Below, piece by piece: positions 44,910-59,584 of a stretch of 64,000 nt of DNA (its first letter is position 1; each line of letters starts with the position of its first letter). This stretch comes from Octopus vulgaris (taxonomy: Eukaryota). The notes under the pieces were generated by a model. It saw only the letters and a program-made list of their open reading frames with translations, was not told the origin of the DNA and did no database searches. The stretch is from contig OX597814.1 in the NCBI GenBank assembly GCA_951406725.2, positions 19,592,001 to 19,656,000 of the forward strand, read 5' to 3'. Made by a program: the position numbers and the translations under genes.

Positions 44910-45961
44910 AGTGCCTCATGAAGGTCACTGTTAGCTCTCATTGCGCACGCAGCCATGTGTTATCCATCTGTTGGCATGCTACAGAAATGATCCTGGAACT
45001 TTTTGATACCATCTATATATTTGCTTCACTTATCGCAGTTTTGCCGTATGAGTTTATTATTTGGAGGATGTAACATGTGATGTAGTGAGATCATTCGTAG
45101 TAACGACAGTATTTTGTTTTTGTGCGTGTATGTTTTTATGTGAAAAATAAAAATTCGTTTATCATAAATCTCACAGATATCAGTATTTTTCTTCGCAGAC
45201 TTGTATTTTTCTAGATGATTTGTAAATATTGTTCTATTGTTCTGTGCGAGTATTTTGAAGAATATGTAAGATACCATATTCTTCAAAATAATTTCCAAAC
45301 TGTGTTCTAGCGATATCTGGAACATATAGATGTTCTAGATACCACTTAATGCACATTTGTTACTACATTTGTTCCGGACTATATTCTCTCATGCGAGAAT
45401 CATTCCCGACGACAAATATACATCGTACAAACGGTTTTCTAGACTTTATAGTTTCTCTTTCTTTTCTGTCAGATACTTGGTATTTATTCATCTTATATAT
45501 CTAACCATTTTTCAAGAAGGTAGAATAGTATTTGAAGATAATATGCTCGTAGGTCCACCGCTCGTGTATAACTTTCTACGCATTTACAGTTTACTCGTTT
45601 CCTATCAACCTGCTAGCAGTGTTTCTATTCACGTGGCTTACATCTCTCTCTCTTCCTCTTTCTTTCTTTCTTTCTTTCTTTCTTTTCACCCTTCATCTCG
45701 CCGTTCATTTTAAAACTTTGGTATAATGAGATAAAATTTTCTTCTTAAATCTTGCAAAATGTATATATGTACGTACGTAGACACGCATGCAAATAGACAC
45801 GTGTTTGCATTCCCTACTAATATATACATACATACATACATATATATATATATATAGAGAGAGAGAGGGGGGAACGAGCGAAAGAGAGAAAGAGAGACAG
45901 ACGGACAGACAGACAAGAAGAAAGAATGAAACAACGAAAGATAGCTAGCTAGCTAGCTAGC

Positions 45962-46055
<94 letters not shown>

Positions 46056-46057
<2 letters not shown>

Positions 46058-46396
46058 GCACCGCTTTAGTCGAGGCAATCGATCCCAGGACTTATTCTTT
46101 GTAAGCCTAGTAGTCATTCTAGTGATCTCTTTGCCGAACCGCTAAGTTACGGAGACGTAAACACACCAGCATCGATTGTCAAGCGATGCTGCGAGGACAC
46201 ACACACACATATACATACATATATATATATATATGACGGACTTCTTTCACTTTCCGTCTACCAAATCCACTCACAAGGCTTTGGTCGGCCCAAGGCTATA
46301 GTACAAGACACTTGACCAAGGTGCCACGCATTGTGACTGAACCCGGAACCATGTGGCTGGTAAGCAAGCTACTTACCACACTGACACTTCTGCGCC
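46056..46396 (-). mobile_element. SINE family A
   Basis: Reverse complement of consensus. Confidence 0.9.
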
Positions 46397-46584
46397 ATAT
46401 ATGTTTATATATATATATATACGTTTATATGTATACATATATCTTTATCTAAAGATATATATATATATATATATGCACAAATAGAAACATATATATATAT
46501 TTATATATATACATACTTACGTATATACATATATATATACATACATACTTACGTACATACATATATATATATATACATACAAAC

Positions 46585-46617
<33 letters not shown>

Positions 46618-46953
46618 TGTATGTATGCATGTATGTATTATGAAGGAAGCGTGGAAAGGAGCCCGCTCGTATATATTCGGTATTGTTTTATATCGTGATT
46701 CGCAAATGAGATAGGGAATTAGTTGAGGCAATAAATTGAAGTAGGTAGATTAAAATAAAGTAAATGTTGGTAAGTTAAGAGGCAACTCTTGAAAAATAAG
46801 AAAAAAAGATATCAGAGCTTTATATTTTTTATATTGATGCTTTTATTCGTTTATGTATTTGTGTCTTTGTGAGAGTTTGTATACTTTGCACGCCTGCATA
46901 AAGTATGCATTTTATTGTGTATTATTAAATATATATATATATACACACGTATA

Positions 46954-46997
<44 letters not shown>

Positions 46998-47079
46998 TAT
47001 GTATATATATATGTATATATATATATATGTATGTGTATATATATATACATATATATATATATATTATATATGTATGTAT

Positions 47080-47131
<52 letters not shown>

Positions 47132-48287
47132 ATGTGTGTACATAAACACATACACACAAACATATACCTATGTACGCACATACACACATATATCAAAATA
47201 GATAGATTGATAGATAGATAGATAGATCTCATTACTGGAGAAATTAGCAAAGCCATGAGGCCAGTACAATCTCATGTGGTGTGATATTAAAGAGATGGTT
47301 GTTAGTCTGCAGGGATCAGGAAATCGTAGTATACTTCGATTGAGAATAATCTACAACTTGCAATTTCTCTGTTTACCTAAATGTTTGGCTTAGGTTTCAC
47401 CTGATGAAGGTTAGTACATTATGGGTGTCTTTTTTCAGGTTGATTCGACCCATTTCATTACATGTATGCAACCCGCAAAAGCCATGAAGAAAACTTTAGC
47501 AATATATATTGCAAGCAAACAATGCCGCTGGTATATCCCCTTATTTAATGGCGCTATATTCAACCAAAATGGATCAGAACTTACCGCTTACGATGACCAC
47601 ATGCAAGCATAGTGTAACAAACTTATCAGGACACGCAAGCTTCTTCACAATGTGTCGTAAAGTAAATATCTTTGTCATATCAACGCAGATTTGACACAAG
47701 TCCAAATATAGCTCGAAGCGCTTTGCCTGAAATTGCCTAACAAAAAAGATTATATCCGTTATCCGTTGTCACTTCGAAAGCACGCAAAACACAGGAAGGA
47801 TCTCATATACATACACAGACAAACACACACGTACGTGTGTGTGTGTGCATGTGTATACATATATATATATGTGTGTGTGTATTCTATTCTTTTATTTAAC
47901 TGCGGCCATGCTGGAGGTCCGCCTTTTAGTCGAACAAATCGACCCCAGGACTTATTCTTTGTAAGCCTAGTACTTATTCTATCGATCTCTTAACCGAAAT
48001 GACAAGGTACGGGGACACCAAGATCGGTTGTCAACCAATGGCGGAAGTACAAACAGACACACAAACATATACATATACATATACATATGTCTGTGTGTAT
48101 TTATATATTTATTCATTTATTTATATTACCTCAACATCCAAACTTCCTCATTCTACATTGAGAGAAGGACGGGATGGACGCTTCATTTTTGTGCTGGTAC
48201 CGCATTATGTCGTACGTGACTGAGAGGATTTGCATCCCCAACGTAGAATTTTTGATGTAATACATGTTCTTGAGGTAGTAATTGTGC

Positions 48288-48365
48288 GCGGCTGAAGAAG
48301 GCCATAGACACACATTATGCATTGTTATAAATCCGTCTAATAAAGGCCCGAAACATATGTACCGC
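48288..48365 (+). ncRNA. Type I hammerhead motif, canonical core; element 48130-48400 ends at (TA)n
   Basis: gcgg-CTGAAGA-a-ggcc-atagac..gtcta..ggcc-c-GAAA-C-atat-GTA-ccgc; predicted cut after 48361. Confidence 0.8.
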
Positions 48366-48395
48366 TGAATCCTGGGCATCATGTTTTTATTTTGA

Positions 48396-48516
<121 letters not shown>

Positions 48517-48752
48517 CGTATATGGATGGATGGATGCATGTATGTGCTTATATATATATGTGTGTGTGGTTTGTGTGTGTGTGTCTGTGCGTGTGTGTGT
48601 GTGTATGTATGTATGTATGTATGTACGTATGTATATGTGCACATTCACAGACTAGACTTTTGCTACTAATTAATGTATAGTGTCAGGAATATTCACAACC
48701 TATTCAAATATATTGTAGCTGTCGAATAATTCGAACCGAATCTATAATCAAT

Positions 48753-48887
48753 AGGCGTAGGAGTGGCTGCGTGGTAAGTAGCTTGCACATGGTTCCGGGT
48801 TCAGTCCCCCTGCGTGGCAGCTTGGGCAAGTGCCGACCAAAGCCTTGTGAGTTGATTTGGTAGACGGAAACTGAAAGAAGCCCGTTG

Positions 48888-48957
<70 letters not shown>

Positions 48958-49152
48958 TCCCCCCCAACAGCGCTTGACGACCGACGCTGGTGTGTTTACG
49001 TCCCCGTAACTTAGCGGTTCGGCAAAAAGAGACCGATAGAATAAGTACTAGGCTTACAAAGAATAAGCCCCGGGGTCGATTTTCTCGACTAAAGGCGGTG
49101 CACCAGCATGGCCGCAGTCAAATAACTGAAACAAGTAAAAGAGTAGAAGAGT
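48753..49152 (+). mobile_element. SINE family A with small internal deletions
   Basis: Consensus head and tail. Confidence 0.9.
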
Positions 49153-49700
49153 AATCTATACCCGTAAAAAGTTTATATATTGACCATGAAACCAGGAAGA
49201 ATAAATTCGAAACCAGTTGCAGTTCGAACGCAGAACGAGAGCTATACAAATCTATAATGTTACACTGTATTTAGTACGGAAGATTTTGGTTACTACCATT
49301 CTGCAATGTTTCTTTAATTTGTTTTTTTTTTTATTCATTTTCTATGTCTTCACTTACTCATTCGCCATCTTTTCACCCAATTCCTCTTCTTTGTTTTCAT
49401 CATCATCATCATTACTATCACCTCCACCATCATCACTTAAACATCATTTACTCCGCTCTCCACTTATTTTTACAGTGTTTTTTTTATTATTATTATTGTG
49501 TATTTATTCATCATTTTGAAAATTACTTGTACAGTACGATAGAATTCAACTCACGCACAGAAAACAGTTTTGCGCGATTTATCGAATGCATGTTCAGTTC
49601 AGACTTAAATTTTGCAAATCTACACAATTTCCTTTCGTATTGATTGGCTATGGCTATTTATTTCATTTCGTTCGTGTTTACTAAAGTGTTTATTTGTGTG

Positions 49701-49771
<71 letters not shown>

Positions 49772-50110
49772 TTATATATATATATATATACGTTTGAGCT
49801 TTTCGAAGCATTTCTGAATATTTGTATAAGTGTGTTTGCCTCTCATTTTGTCGATTTTCTCAATTTCTTAAACGTTTAGTTATGTTATTTTCCATTTTTT
49901 TTCTCTTTTTCTCATTCATTTCATTTTTTTTTTTTACAATCGTTTCGGTTCCTTTTTTTCATTTTCTTTTTTTCTGCTCTTTGTTTCTCTTAACAAATAA
50001 ATTTGTTTTTCTTTCTTTTCAATTAATGTAAGAGAGACAAGAATAAAAAAATACTCTTTTATTTGTACATTTGTAAATTTAAATAAGGAGCCAGGTTTTG
50101 CCGGTAATAG

Positions 50111-50206
<96 letters not shown>

Positions 50207-50538
50207 GTATATATATATGTATATATATATATATATGCATGTATGTATGTATGTATTTATGCATGTATGTGTGTGGATGTGTGTGTGTGTGCGCGCGTGC
50301 GAGTGTGTGTTTTATCATATTTTTTTTATTTTAGATTATCTTTATCTTTCTATTAGAATTCAAATTCATTCTTTTTCAATTTAGCAAACATCATCTTTTC
50401 ATAAAATCCCATATGGTATTGAACGATTATATTATATATGTATATTTGACAATCTCTCTCTCTCTCTTTATTCTCTTTCACACACACACACACACACACA
50501 TACACACACTCACTCTCTCTATCTCTATCTCATATGTA

Positions 50539-50577
<39 letters not shown>

Positions 50578-51005
50578 TTACATATAAACACATGCACAGA
50601 CATGCACACACGCACTCATATACATACACATAATTATTCATGCATATGTACATACGTATATATATGTCCATACATGTATGCATGTGCGCTCGAGCGCGTG
50701 TCTCTGCATGCGAGTAAGCTTGTAAATGGGAATAATAAGGCACAAAGGTGTAGACAATGCTGGATTATATAGTTGCATGTTTCATTTAATCGTTAATCCG
50801 AATTCCTGCCTCCGATCTTCGGACGATTAAGAGTAACTGGAACACACATAAAAAAAATCATTTAAAATATTAACAGAACAATTGATTAAAAATAAGGCAC
50901 TCTTCAACGGTGTAAAAGTTTCAATAACATACACACACATAAACACACATGCGAGCACTTGAGGGACCAGCTATGAAATGAATGTAAAAAAAGTGGTAAT
51001 ATAAG

Positions 51006-51111
51006 AAGATTTGCTTTACCACATACAGAAGTTTAGAAATAACAGTCAAAAAGCCTTAGCTATTTCTTCTACTGCTATTTCTAAACTTCGGTATGTGGTA
51101 AAGCAAATCTT
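51006..51111. repeat. 41-bp imperfect inverted repeat
   Basis: aagatttgctttaccacatacagaagtttagaaataacagt / actgctatttctaaacttcggtatgtggtaaagcaaatctt. Confidence 0.9.
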
Positions 51112-51223
51112 TGCTGAACCCTAATTATAAAGTATTACTTAAGCTTACCGTGAAATGGTCCTTTTCATGCCGAATTCTACTTGGTGAAATTATTGATTAC
51201 TTCTTAATTAATTAATTTTACCC

Positions 51224-51270
<47 letters not shown>

Positions 51271-51489
51271 ATACAAAATGGCACAAGAACGCAAAACATC
51301 CAGACAATTAGGTGATACAAAAATGGGACAACAAAACATCCAGATAGACGAAACAAAGAAAACAAGGATGGGTCATTCGAAGTTTTCTTTCCTCAGTCGA
51401 GTACCAGATTATCTTCGCAAGTCCAATGTCTCAAAGGTTATTTTTGTATAATTCAAACATTAATTTATATAACAGAACAAATATTAAGT

Positions 51490-51646
51490 TTAGCTGTGTA
51501 GTAAGTAGCTTGTTTCCCAACCACAAGGTTCTGGGTTCACTCGCACTACTTGGGACCTTGGGCGAGTGTCTTCTACTATAGCCTCAGGCCGGTGAAAATC
51601 TTGTGAGTGGATTTGGTAGACGGAAACTGAAAGAAGCCCGTCGCAC

Positions 51647-51694
<48 letters not shown>

Positions 51695-51925
51695 CTGTGT
51701 GCCTTTGTTTCTATGTTTGTTATTCTTTGTTATCTGCCACCCCGTGACATCCGGTGTTGGTCTGTTTATGTCCCCGTAACTTAGCAGTTCAGCAAAGAAA
51801 CCGATTGAATAAGTACCAGGCTTAATAAGAAATAAGTACTGGGGTCGATTCATTCGACTAAAAATTCTTGAAGGCCATGCCACAGCATCGCCGCAGTCTA
51901 ATCACTGAAACAAGTATATTATAAA
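51490..51925 (+). mobile_element. SINE family A, older subfamily
   Basis: Consensus body. Confidence 0.88.
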
Positions 51926-52127
51926 AGATTCCTAGAATTCATGTTCCTTTTCTTGATTTCTCATATCTACTTATCGGCGCAGTTTAGAATTATATCTTTA
52001 GCAAATGTTTAATTAACATTATTAATTAATATTGCTGTAAATTTTGCGCATGATCAATTAACTATTTCAGTTTTAAAATTTCTCCAACGTCAAAATTTTC
52101 AGTTTATTATACCGCTAGTCATCAGCA

Positions 52128-52519
52128 GTGGAGGCGCAATGGTCCAGTGGTTAGGGCAGCGGACTCGCGGTCATAGGATCGCGGTTTCGATTCCCAGACC
52201 GGGCCTTGTGAGTGTTTATTGAGCGAAAACACCTAGAGCTCCACGAGGCTCCGGCAGGGGATGGTGGAGATCCCTGCTGTACTCTTTCACCACAACTTTC
52301 TCTCACTCTTACTTCCTGTTTCTGTTGTACCTGTATTTCAAAGGGCCAACCTTGTCACTCTCTGTGTCACGCTGAATATCCCCGAGAACTACGTTAAGGG
52401 TACACGTGTCTGTGGAGTGCTCAGCCACTTACACGTTAATTTCACAAGCAGGCTGTTCCGTTGATTCGGATCAACCGGAACCCTCGTCGTCGTAACCGAC
52501 GGAGTGCTTCCATCCATCC
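52128..52519 (+). mobile_element. Full-length tRNA-derived SINE family B with TSD
   Basis: A/B boxes tggtccagtggt and ggtttcgattccc; (CCAT)n tail; AGTCATCA repeated at 52117-52124 and 52520-52527. Confidence 0.92.
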
Positions 52520-52769
52520 AGTCATCAACGAAGTAAAATTCAAGATGCGTTTTTACAAGTATACATCATTCTGTCAAGCTTCCAGAGGAAAATACCAGAC
52601 ACAAGTTTTTCAAAGTACATTTAGTTTTTGGAATTAATTCATTTCGATCATACTGCATAAGCAGATTCTTCAGTTTAAACATGCCTTGCGATCTACATTT
52701 CACTTTTTCATTGTCAGTTATTGCAGAGACTCCTCTTAACTTTTGTCTTCTAATTTAAATTGCACTGCA

Positions 52770-52957
52770 GCTACACCTAGGGCATCGCCTTGAAGGGGTT
52801 TGTCGAACCGATGGATACCAGGCTATATTTTCAAAATCTCGCACATATTCTGTCGGATTTGTTACGGGGTATAAACAAAGCAACACCGATTGTCAAGCGG
52901 TAGGGGTACAAACACAGGCAGAAAAACACACACATAAATACCCACACACACACACAC

Positions 52958-53014
<57 letters not shown>

Positions 53015-53113
53015 CGCAGCGTGGTACCTTGGGCAAGTGTATTTTACAATAGCCTCGGGCCAACCAAAGCCTAGTGAGTGGATTAGGTAGAGGGAAACTG
53101 AAAGAAGCTCGTT

Positions 53114-53146
<33 letters not shown>

Positions 53147-53360
53147 ATTTGTGTGTCTGTCTGTGCTTGTCCCACCACCATCACTTGACAACCGATATTG
53201 GTGTGTTTATGTCCCCGTAACCTAGCGGTTCGGCAAAAGAGACCGACAGAATAAATGCTAAGATTACAAAGAATAAGTCCTGGGGTGAATTTGTTCGACT
53301 AATGGCGGTGCTCTAGCATGGCCGCAGTTAAATGACTGAAACAAATAAAAGAGTAAAAGT
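52770..53360. mobile_element. Divergently oriented SINE A pair: old minus tail 52770-52940 and plus copy 53012-53360
   Basis: Consensus matches on opposite strands around (TA)n. Confidence 0.8.
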
Positions 53361-54351
53361 GTACCTGTTTATATGTATTTACCTACACTGCAACAGTTCA
53401 ACCGTTTTATTATTCTCTGAATAAACGGATACTTTATTGCGATTTTGGACGCCATTTTGACTTCTTATATTTAAGACGTTAAGCAATTCCCTTCTGTAGT
53501 TTAGCTCTCTTCCACATTTGCATTTCATCCTTATTTTCTTTTTATTTCAATGAATTCTCTTCCTTCGAGTTCATTTTCGTTGCCTTTATTCAGGTTTATT
53601 TTCAATTTTGGTTTTCTCGTATCACATTTTACTTGCTTCTCTTTTGTATTTGTGGTAAGAAGCACCTTCAAACACTTCTATACAAATAATATTTCATTTA
53701 TTTACAGCATACATATTTACATCGATTGTTTTCCCATTTTTTCTTTCTGAATTTTTTTCCAACTTCTCTAACTGGCATATCTTTCCCCACACAAAGCATG
53801 CATGTATTTTTTAAACAAGGCAATGTTTATATATAAACCAATAAAATCTGTTCGTTTCAAGACTGTCGAATCAAAATGTACCTAGTTATCCACATATTTC
53901 CATTGTATGTCTTTGGAATGCATTTCTTATGATCTTATTTCGATTACCGCCTGGATATCGAAAACGAGAAGCTCTGCTAATGAGCCCTAATTCATTTAAG
54001 GTTTCAGCTATCACACACACACACACACACATACACACACACATACATACATGCACATAAAACACAAAACACAAAACACGCACACACAAGCACACATTGC
54101 AGCCAACTTTTTGGCAGGTTTGCGTGTCTACGTCCCCGTAGCATAGCGCTTCGGCAAAAGAGACCGATAGAATAAGTAATGGGCTTACAAAAAACAAGGC
54201 CTGGGGTTGATTTGCTCGACTAAAGGCGGTGCCCCCAGCATGGCCGCACTCAAATGTCTGAAGCAAATATATATCAAATATAAATTAAAAACAGAACACA
54301 AGGGATCTCGCGGTACACGTGTTTCAAGTTTTATAAACAATCCGTTATAAA

Positions 54352-54435
<84 letters not shown>

Positions 54436-54459
54436 ACTGTTTTGTTCCTAACATAAACC

Positions 54460-54900
54460 ATAGTGTTCCGCGCCGTTCTCATCTCCACCTGGCTCTACGC
54501 TTGCTAAACATTGGCCCTGTATTAGAATGCCCTAAAATACCTTGAGCATTTCCAAGAAGGAGATCCTCAACATCGAATGGCAGGACCGACGCACCAACAA
54601 CGTAGTCTTCAATCGCTCAGAAATGCCAACCATTGAAGCTGCCATCCTCAAACATCGCCTCAGGTGACCAGGATATGTCATGCGAATGGCCTCTTCAAAA
54701 GTCTCGCGGACCACCCTCTTCAGTGAGCACGTCAACAGCAAACGACATCGAGGAGCCCCAAAACGCGAATTTAAAGACCAACTGAAGTTTTCCCTCCTTC
54801 AAGCCGGCATCAGCCCTGTCACCTAAGAAGCAAGGCCTGCTGAACGTCTATGCTGGTGAAGAGCAATTCATTTCAGCTGTTTCACTTTTGAGGAGAGAAA
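54460..54900 (+). pseudogene. RTE (BovB-like) LINE C-terminal remnant
   Basis: VFRAVLISTWLYAC*T..RRILNIEWQDRRTNNVV..MPTIEAAILKHRLR*PGYVMRM..RHRGAPKREFKDQLK. Confidence 0.85.
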
Positions 54901-55081
54901 ATGAAGCGTGCCATGTGATCATTGCCCTAGACTGTTCCTTTCCCAGCTTGGCCTTCTAAGCCATGTCAGGTTTAAGCGTCATGGAGGCACCAGATAAACC
55001 AAACTTGGTCACGAGTGATGCCAACGATATCATTACTACTGTTACCACATTTATATTCATGTAAGTACATATAAATACATG

Positions 55082-55134
<53 letters not shown>

Positions 55135-55149
<15 letters not shown>

Positions 55150-55478
55150 AAACTGAGAATGTGTGTGTGTGTGTGTCTGTCTGTCTGTCTGTGTGAATCC
55201 CTAAAACTTGAGAAATACACAACCAATTTCATTCAAATTGTACACGTGCCTTACTTAGGGTCCATGTAGTGTCATGGACAAAACACTTCTAACTTCTTGC
55301 CTAGGACGAGCACACAGCAATATCATATCTTTACTATTTCAGTATTACGTGTTAAAAGTGAAACAAAAACATCTCTCTATTGTAATGTCTGATACTTCCA
55401 CTTTAATATTGAAACTATTAAAGTCAAACTATTATATAAGAGGGATGAACCATTAACAGTGGACATCCATTTTGCTAG
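55135..55478 (+). mobile_element. Probable non-autonomous Helitron-like element
   Basis: tatatgtaaaactgagaatgtgtgtg..tctgtctg start; accaatttcattcaaatt motif; ends ttgctag. Confidence 0.5.
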
Positions 55479-55732
55479 AAGAAGATCAATCGTATATATA
55501 TGTATGTATATATTTAAGTGTGTGTGTGTGACTTTGTTTCTGTGTTTCTCACTCATCACTGCTTCACAACTGTTGTTCGTTTATTTACATCCCCATAACT
55601 TACTGATTTCACAAAAAGAAACTAATAGAATAAGTACCAGACTTATCAACATAAAAAAGCACTAGGCTGTGTCTCATATTTTTGTTTGCCCACTCAGTTT
55701 TATCTATCAATTTATCTTTGTGTGTATATATA

Positions 55733-56828
55733 TCTATATATATAAAATTCAACTTGTGTGTCTGTATATGTATCTGTGTGTGAGTCCGTGTGTTTAACTT
55801 CCCGGCACATCTCCTCCTAGCCAACAAATCGTAGAACCACCAAAAATGGGTCACTTAAAGTTTAGGCGAATGAAAATTGAACTGCGCTATTTCTGTTCCG
55901 AAATTCATCTCGCAAGTGCAAAAATCGATAATGTGTTTGTTTAGGCCTTATCCCATGCATTGAATAGTGAACTTTACTCAGTCAGCTGTTTGACGTGAAC
56001 TGTTTTCACCACGCGTGCAAGCATGCGTAAATTGCATGAAAAATAAAAAATCAAGATATAAAAACGAATCGCCGTAAACATTGTAGAAATTTGGCAGAGA
56101 AATGAATTTTCGGGATGTAGCCTGGAGGGTTTTTTCGTATTAATCGTTTGGACTTTGTGAACACATACCAATTGTTTTCATAACATTTTTAACGCTTTGA
56201 ATTATTAAATGTGACCATTTTGCGTTGAGTCTGCAGTTTGAATCACTTTAACCAAATTTTAGCAGGCCGGATTTTTGATCATCACGATACATCGCCAGCG
56301 ACTCCCTGAAACTCTCCCCTGAAATCCCCGTTGAGAAATCTATATATATAAAACTCAACTTGTGTGCCTTTGTGTGTATTTGTGTGTTTAACTTTTGCAT
56401 CTACCAAGTTTCATTATTAAGGATGGAAAGTAGTGTATAGCAAATCTATATATATAAAGCTGAAGTTGTCTGTGTGTGTGGCAGGTTTGGTAGCCTTCAC
56501 ACTATCTCCTTCGAGACCCTGCAGCGCAAGTTGACCAAAATTGAGAGTATGATAGAAGGCTTGCTCTTCATTCTGTAGAAGATAAAATTCAAATCGGACC
56601 ATGTTAACACCAAAAATTATTTACATCAAAAAGGTGCTTTTTTTTCTATGTAAATCCCTATTTTTTACGATTTTTGACTGCTGTGTCACCATTTTTCGGT
56701 GTATTTCAACTGGAAAAATGTTCACTTGAAGAGAATAACAAGTTGCATAATGCAAAAGTTTTACTTTTCAAAAATTCCAATCCTAAAGGGTCGAAACAAA
56801 CCCAAGCAACACCGGGTGATACTGCTAG
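55733..56828 (+). mobile_element. Helitron cluster: 5' termini at 55733, 56339 and 56445 sharing one 3' end at 56828
   Basis: Three a|tctatatatataaa starts; cccaagcaacaccggg hairpin then ctgCTAG|t. Confidence 0.82.
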
Positions 56829-58124
56829 TATATATATATAACCCTAATGGGAGCCTTAACTCCCAAATTTTAGTCATTTCTTTTTTTATCCAAAACTAGG
56901 TCAAAAGTACTGAATGGATCTTATTCTATGCATAAGGGCCATAACCCCCATGACAATTCATATATTTTTGCTGTTGAGGAAATTTTAGCCATAGATATTA
57001 GACACAAATGAAGTAATATTTATAAAATTTCATCTTCTTACAAGTTATAAAGACCGCCCCATGGGGACTTAACACCCACAATTTTGTCATTTTATCAAAG
57101 CAAAAACGAATACAGTTGGGCTCTTGGAAACTGTAGGGTTACCCGAGCATAAAGGTTGACCATTATTTTTAATTCAGTGTTACAACTATGTAACAGTTTG
57201 CTTTGACATACACTTACATTGTGATTTCTGCAATGTGGTGCATAAATTGTCAAGTAAATGAGAGGCATCTTTGCTTCCACTGATTCAGTTGCAAAGTGTT
57301 GAGCTAAGTTATTTGATTGCAGATCTCTTTTCAGTCTTTTTATTATCACTGGGTCACACATAGTCCCCAGATGGTAACATTGATTTCAAGGCCTTCCCAG
57401 ATGAGTGACTGGTTATTCAAAGACATTTATAGATTGTAAATTTATTCTGTCCAGTTATGTATCAGTATAGTGGTCATTTGCAAACTCCAACTTTCATTTC
57501 TCCTTAGCCCTCACGTCACACAGTTGTTAATGTTTACTTCAGTTGGGTCACGCCCTTCCAATTGCTATAGATTCGTAATGCCTCTTACGGCTGTGCCTGT
57601 CACCTGCATGGTGAGGAATCCTACATTGGGAGTGGTAACGACTAGGGTAGGGTAACTGACTGCTTATTGTGCTCATTCGTCTTTTGGTTTCCTGTAACTT
57701 TGCTCTCTTTTACAAACCCAGTGAACATATATTTCCTATTTCAAAGAAATTCAAACAATAGATATAAAACCCAAATAAAAAAGATTCTCAACAATTCAAC
57801 TTCTCTGGTTGACAATAAGATGCCCACCCCCAATAGGGGCCTTAACTCTCACATTTTAAAGCTCTATGATCTTCATTTTTCAGGAGCAAAATCTTTTTAA
57901 CAGGTTCAATAAAACTGGAATTTTGGAATATGCGCATAAAAATAAGTAGTATGGGATACATGTGGCACGATTACAATTGGGGGGGGGGGGGTAAAGAGGG
58001 AAATAACCCTCATCTGCAATTTTGATGAAACTCGAAACAGATGTTCCAGTTCATTAGAGAAAATATAACAGAAAAGTCTAATTCTTCAAATGCATGTAAC
58101 ACGGGCGACGCCGGGTATCTCTGC

Positions 58125-58198
<74 letters not shown>

Positions 58199-58299
58199 TT
58201 ACAGATAGGTTTATATGTGCATTTATATACGCATATATATGTGTATGTGCGTATGTATATCATATGTGCGTGTGTGCGTACGTATTCTTTTATCTATAT

Positions 58300-58673
58300 A
58301 TTTGTTTCAGTCATTTTACTGCGGCCATGCTGAAGCATCGCCTTTAGTCGAACAAATCGCCCCAGGACTTATTCTTTGTAAGCCTAGTACTTATTGTATC
58401 GGTTCCTTTGCGGAACCGTTAAGTTACGGGCACGTGAACACACCAGCATCAGTTGTCAAGCGATGGTGGGGTGGACATACGCACACACACACACACACAC
58501 ACACATATATACAGATACAGATATAGATATATACGACGGGCTTCTTTCAGTTTCCCTATAACACTCACAAGACTTTGGTCGGCCCGAGGCTATAATAGAA
58601 GATACGCAGTGGAACTGAACCCGTAACCATGTGATTGGTAAGCCAGCTACTTACACACAGTCACTCCGGCGCC
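58300..58673 (-). mobile_element. SINE family A
   Basis: Reverse complement of consensus. Confidence 0.88.
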
Positions 58674-58934
58674 TGTATGTATATTTTATTTCTACTATAT
58701 CTATAAATCTCTATACTTACTAGAGCTATACGCTTTCTAGAATCCTGTTGCTATTAAAAATATGTGGAAGTATATATTTTATGATGTTGAATATTTATAT
58801 AAATAAAAGTACTCATATATATACATAACCACATGCTAACATACTTGCACACTTACATGTAGGAACATAGATGCATTCGCACACAGACGCACAAACACAC
58901 ACCCAGAAACCAACAAACACGTATATATAAATAT

Positions 58935-58971
<37 letters not shown>

Positions 58972-59360
58972 CATAGATAGATACATACATATACATACAT
59001 ATGCATATATAAATATGCATTTCATACATATATATATATTTCATACATACATACGTATATACACACATCCATACATACATGCATGCATGCATACATACAT
59101 ACATAAATACATACATACATACATACATACATACATACATACATGCATGCATGCATACATACATACATACATACATACATACATACATACATACATACAT
59201 ACATACATACATACGAGTCGTTCCAGATATATAATAATATAAACTTGCATACACAGTCATATATATATAGATATATACTTCTACACACACACACATATAC
59301 GTGTTTGCGAGAGAGAGAGAAAGAGTGTGTGTGTGTGTATGTGTGTGTATATACGTATAT

Positions 59361-59448
<88 letters not shown>

Positions 59449-59548
59449 TATATATGTACATCCGATAAGTCGTTCGAGATATATAATAATGTAAATTTAC
59501 ACACACATACGCGCGCACGCACACACACACGCACACACGCACACACAC

Positions 59549-59584
<36 letters not shown>

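Larger units (their letters stand above)
44032..45015 (-). pseudogene. Mariner transposon remnant with an inverted internal segment
   Basis: Minus 44032-44175: DPSFMSRIITGGESWFYGHDPETMQQS..KSPSFPRPKKA; plus 44380-44759: KSATETLSTLQQTYGDEA..FEWHVRFKSGR..KFVPRLLTTEQK; TIR-like end gaactttttgataccatcta at ~45015. Confidence 0.85.

Noticed and set aside
47398-47490. cac-CTGATGA-a-ggtt..aacc-c
   Set aside because: GAAA and stem III are lost; probably a dead hammerhead, so not listed as a feature
50785-50830. Minus-strand CCGAAGA with flanking stems
   Set aside because: GAAA absent
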